A DNA stretch of 20,253 bases. It comes from Octopus sinensis (taxonomy: Eukaryota). Positions 19,736-20,253 of the stretch are shown here, in pieces. The notes beneath the pieces were generated by a model that made no database searches, had not been told where the DNA came from, and saw nothing but the letters and a program-made list of their open reading frames with translations. The translations under genes and the position numbers were made by a program. The DNA is taken from contig NW_021824014.1 in NCBI RefSeq assembly GCF_006345805.1, positions 1-20,253 of the forward strand. Direction: 5' to 3'. Each line of letters opens with the position of its first letter. Position 1 is the stretch's first letter.

Positions 19736-19738
<3 letters not shown>
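19332..19738 (+). mobile_element. SINE family A, full length (tRNA head, CORE-like segment, internal microsatellite)
   Basis: Head gagtgactgtatggtaag...ggttcagaccc, gcgtggcaccttgggcaa, internal (TA/TG)n, tail gaaacaagtaaaaga; at least eight related pieces in this window. Confidence 0.95.
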
Positions 19739-19801
<63 letters not shown>

Positions 19802-19812
19802 CTATATATATA

Positions 19813-20015
19813 GGTTCAAATTTTCAGCACAAGGCCATCACTTTCGAGGAGAGGTATAAGTCAATTACATCGACCCCAGTATTCAACCGGTACTTATTTA
19901 TCGACCCTGAAAGGATGAAAGGCAAAGTCGACCTCAGCGGAATTTGAACTCAGAATGTAAAGACGGATGAACTGTCACCAACCATTTTGACCGGCACGGT
20001 AACAATGCTCGCTCC
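19813..20015 (-). mobile_element. SINE family B-related copy with a different 3' tail
   Basis: ggtacttatttatcgaccctgaaaggatgaaaggcaaagtcgacctcagcggaatttgaactcagaa is the reverse complement of the family B head/core; tail 19813-19860 is unlike 10810-10868. Confidence 0.88.
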
Positions 20016-20038
20016 ATATATATATATATATATATATC

Positions 20039-20105
<67 letters not shown>

Positions 20106-20164
20106 CGTGCATGTGTGTATATATGTTCTGTGTTTTCAGCACTGGGTCCATACATTCACACATG

Positions 20165-20251
20165 TTAATGCAAGCAAGATTCCATCGAAGCATCATTCAG
20201 TTCCACATTCGGGCCATGGCTCACCGCTACGAGGGCCCCGGACGATTCGTT
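20165..20251 (-). CDS. Possible end of a terminal coding exon (unknown protein), truncated by the window edge
   Basis: Unique, GC-richer sequence; minus frame NESSGALVAVSHGPNVELNDASMESCLH*. An alternative plus-strand exon after tgttttcag (20139) is equally possible. Confidence 0.2.
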   Translation of the reverse strand, partial: NESSGALVAVSHGPNVELNDASMESCLH

Positions 20252-20253
20252 TC

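Overview
Eukaryotic, non-genic-looking, extremely repeat-rich DNA. Dense (CA)n/(TA)n/(TATC)n microsatellites plus tRNA-headed SINEs resemble, from recall, an octopus (coleoid cephalopod) genome. Almost all ORFs in the track are microsatellite translations (poly-HT/CV/YI) and are not genes. Supportable content: three tRNA-derived SINE families, two copies with long perfect TSDs (17 and 20 bp); decayed non-LTR retrotransposon fragments of three clades (RTE, CR1/L2-like RT, R4/Dong-like RLE); a hAT-type MITE with an 8-bp TSD whose right end is triplicated; further hAT ends; three minisatellites; and four short elements carrying minimal hammerhead-ribozyme-like motifs of the Penelope type. Unique sequence includes a CpG/E-box/GC-box-rich promoter-like island (~9340-9730), a tandem CRE pair (16415-16434) and a possible exon at the right edge. 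No intact protein-coding gene, rRNA, true tRNA or CRISPR array can be supported. The most interesting signals are the hammerhead mini-elements and the scrambled R4-like element; neither is shown here to be a new system.
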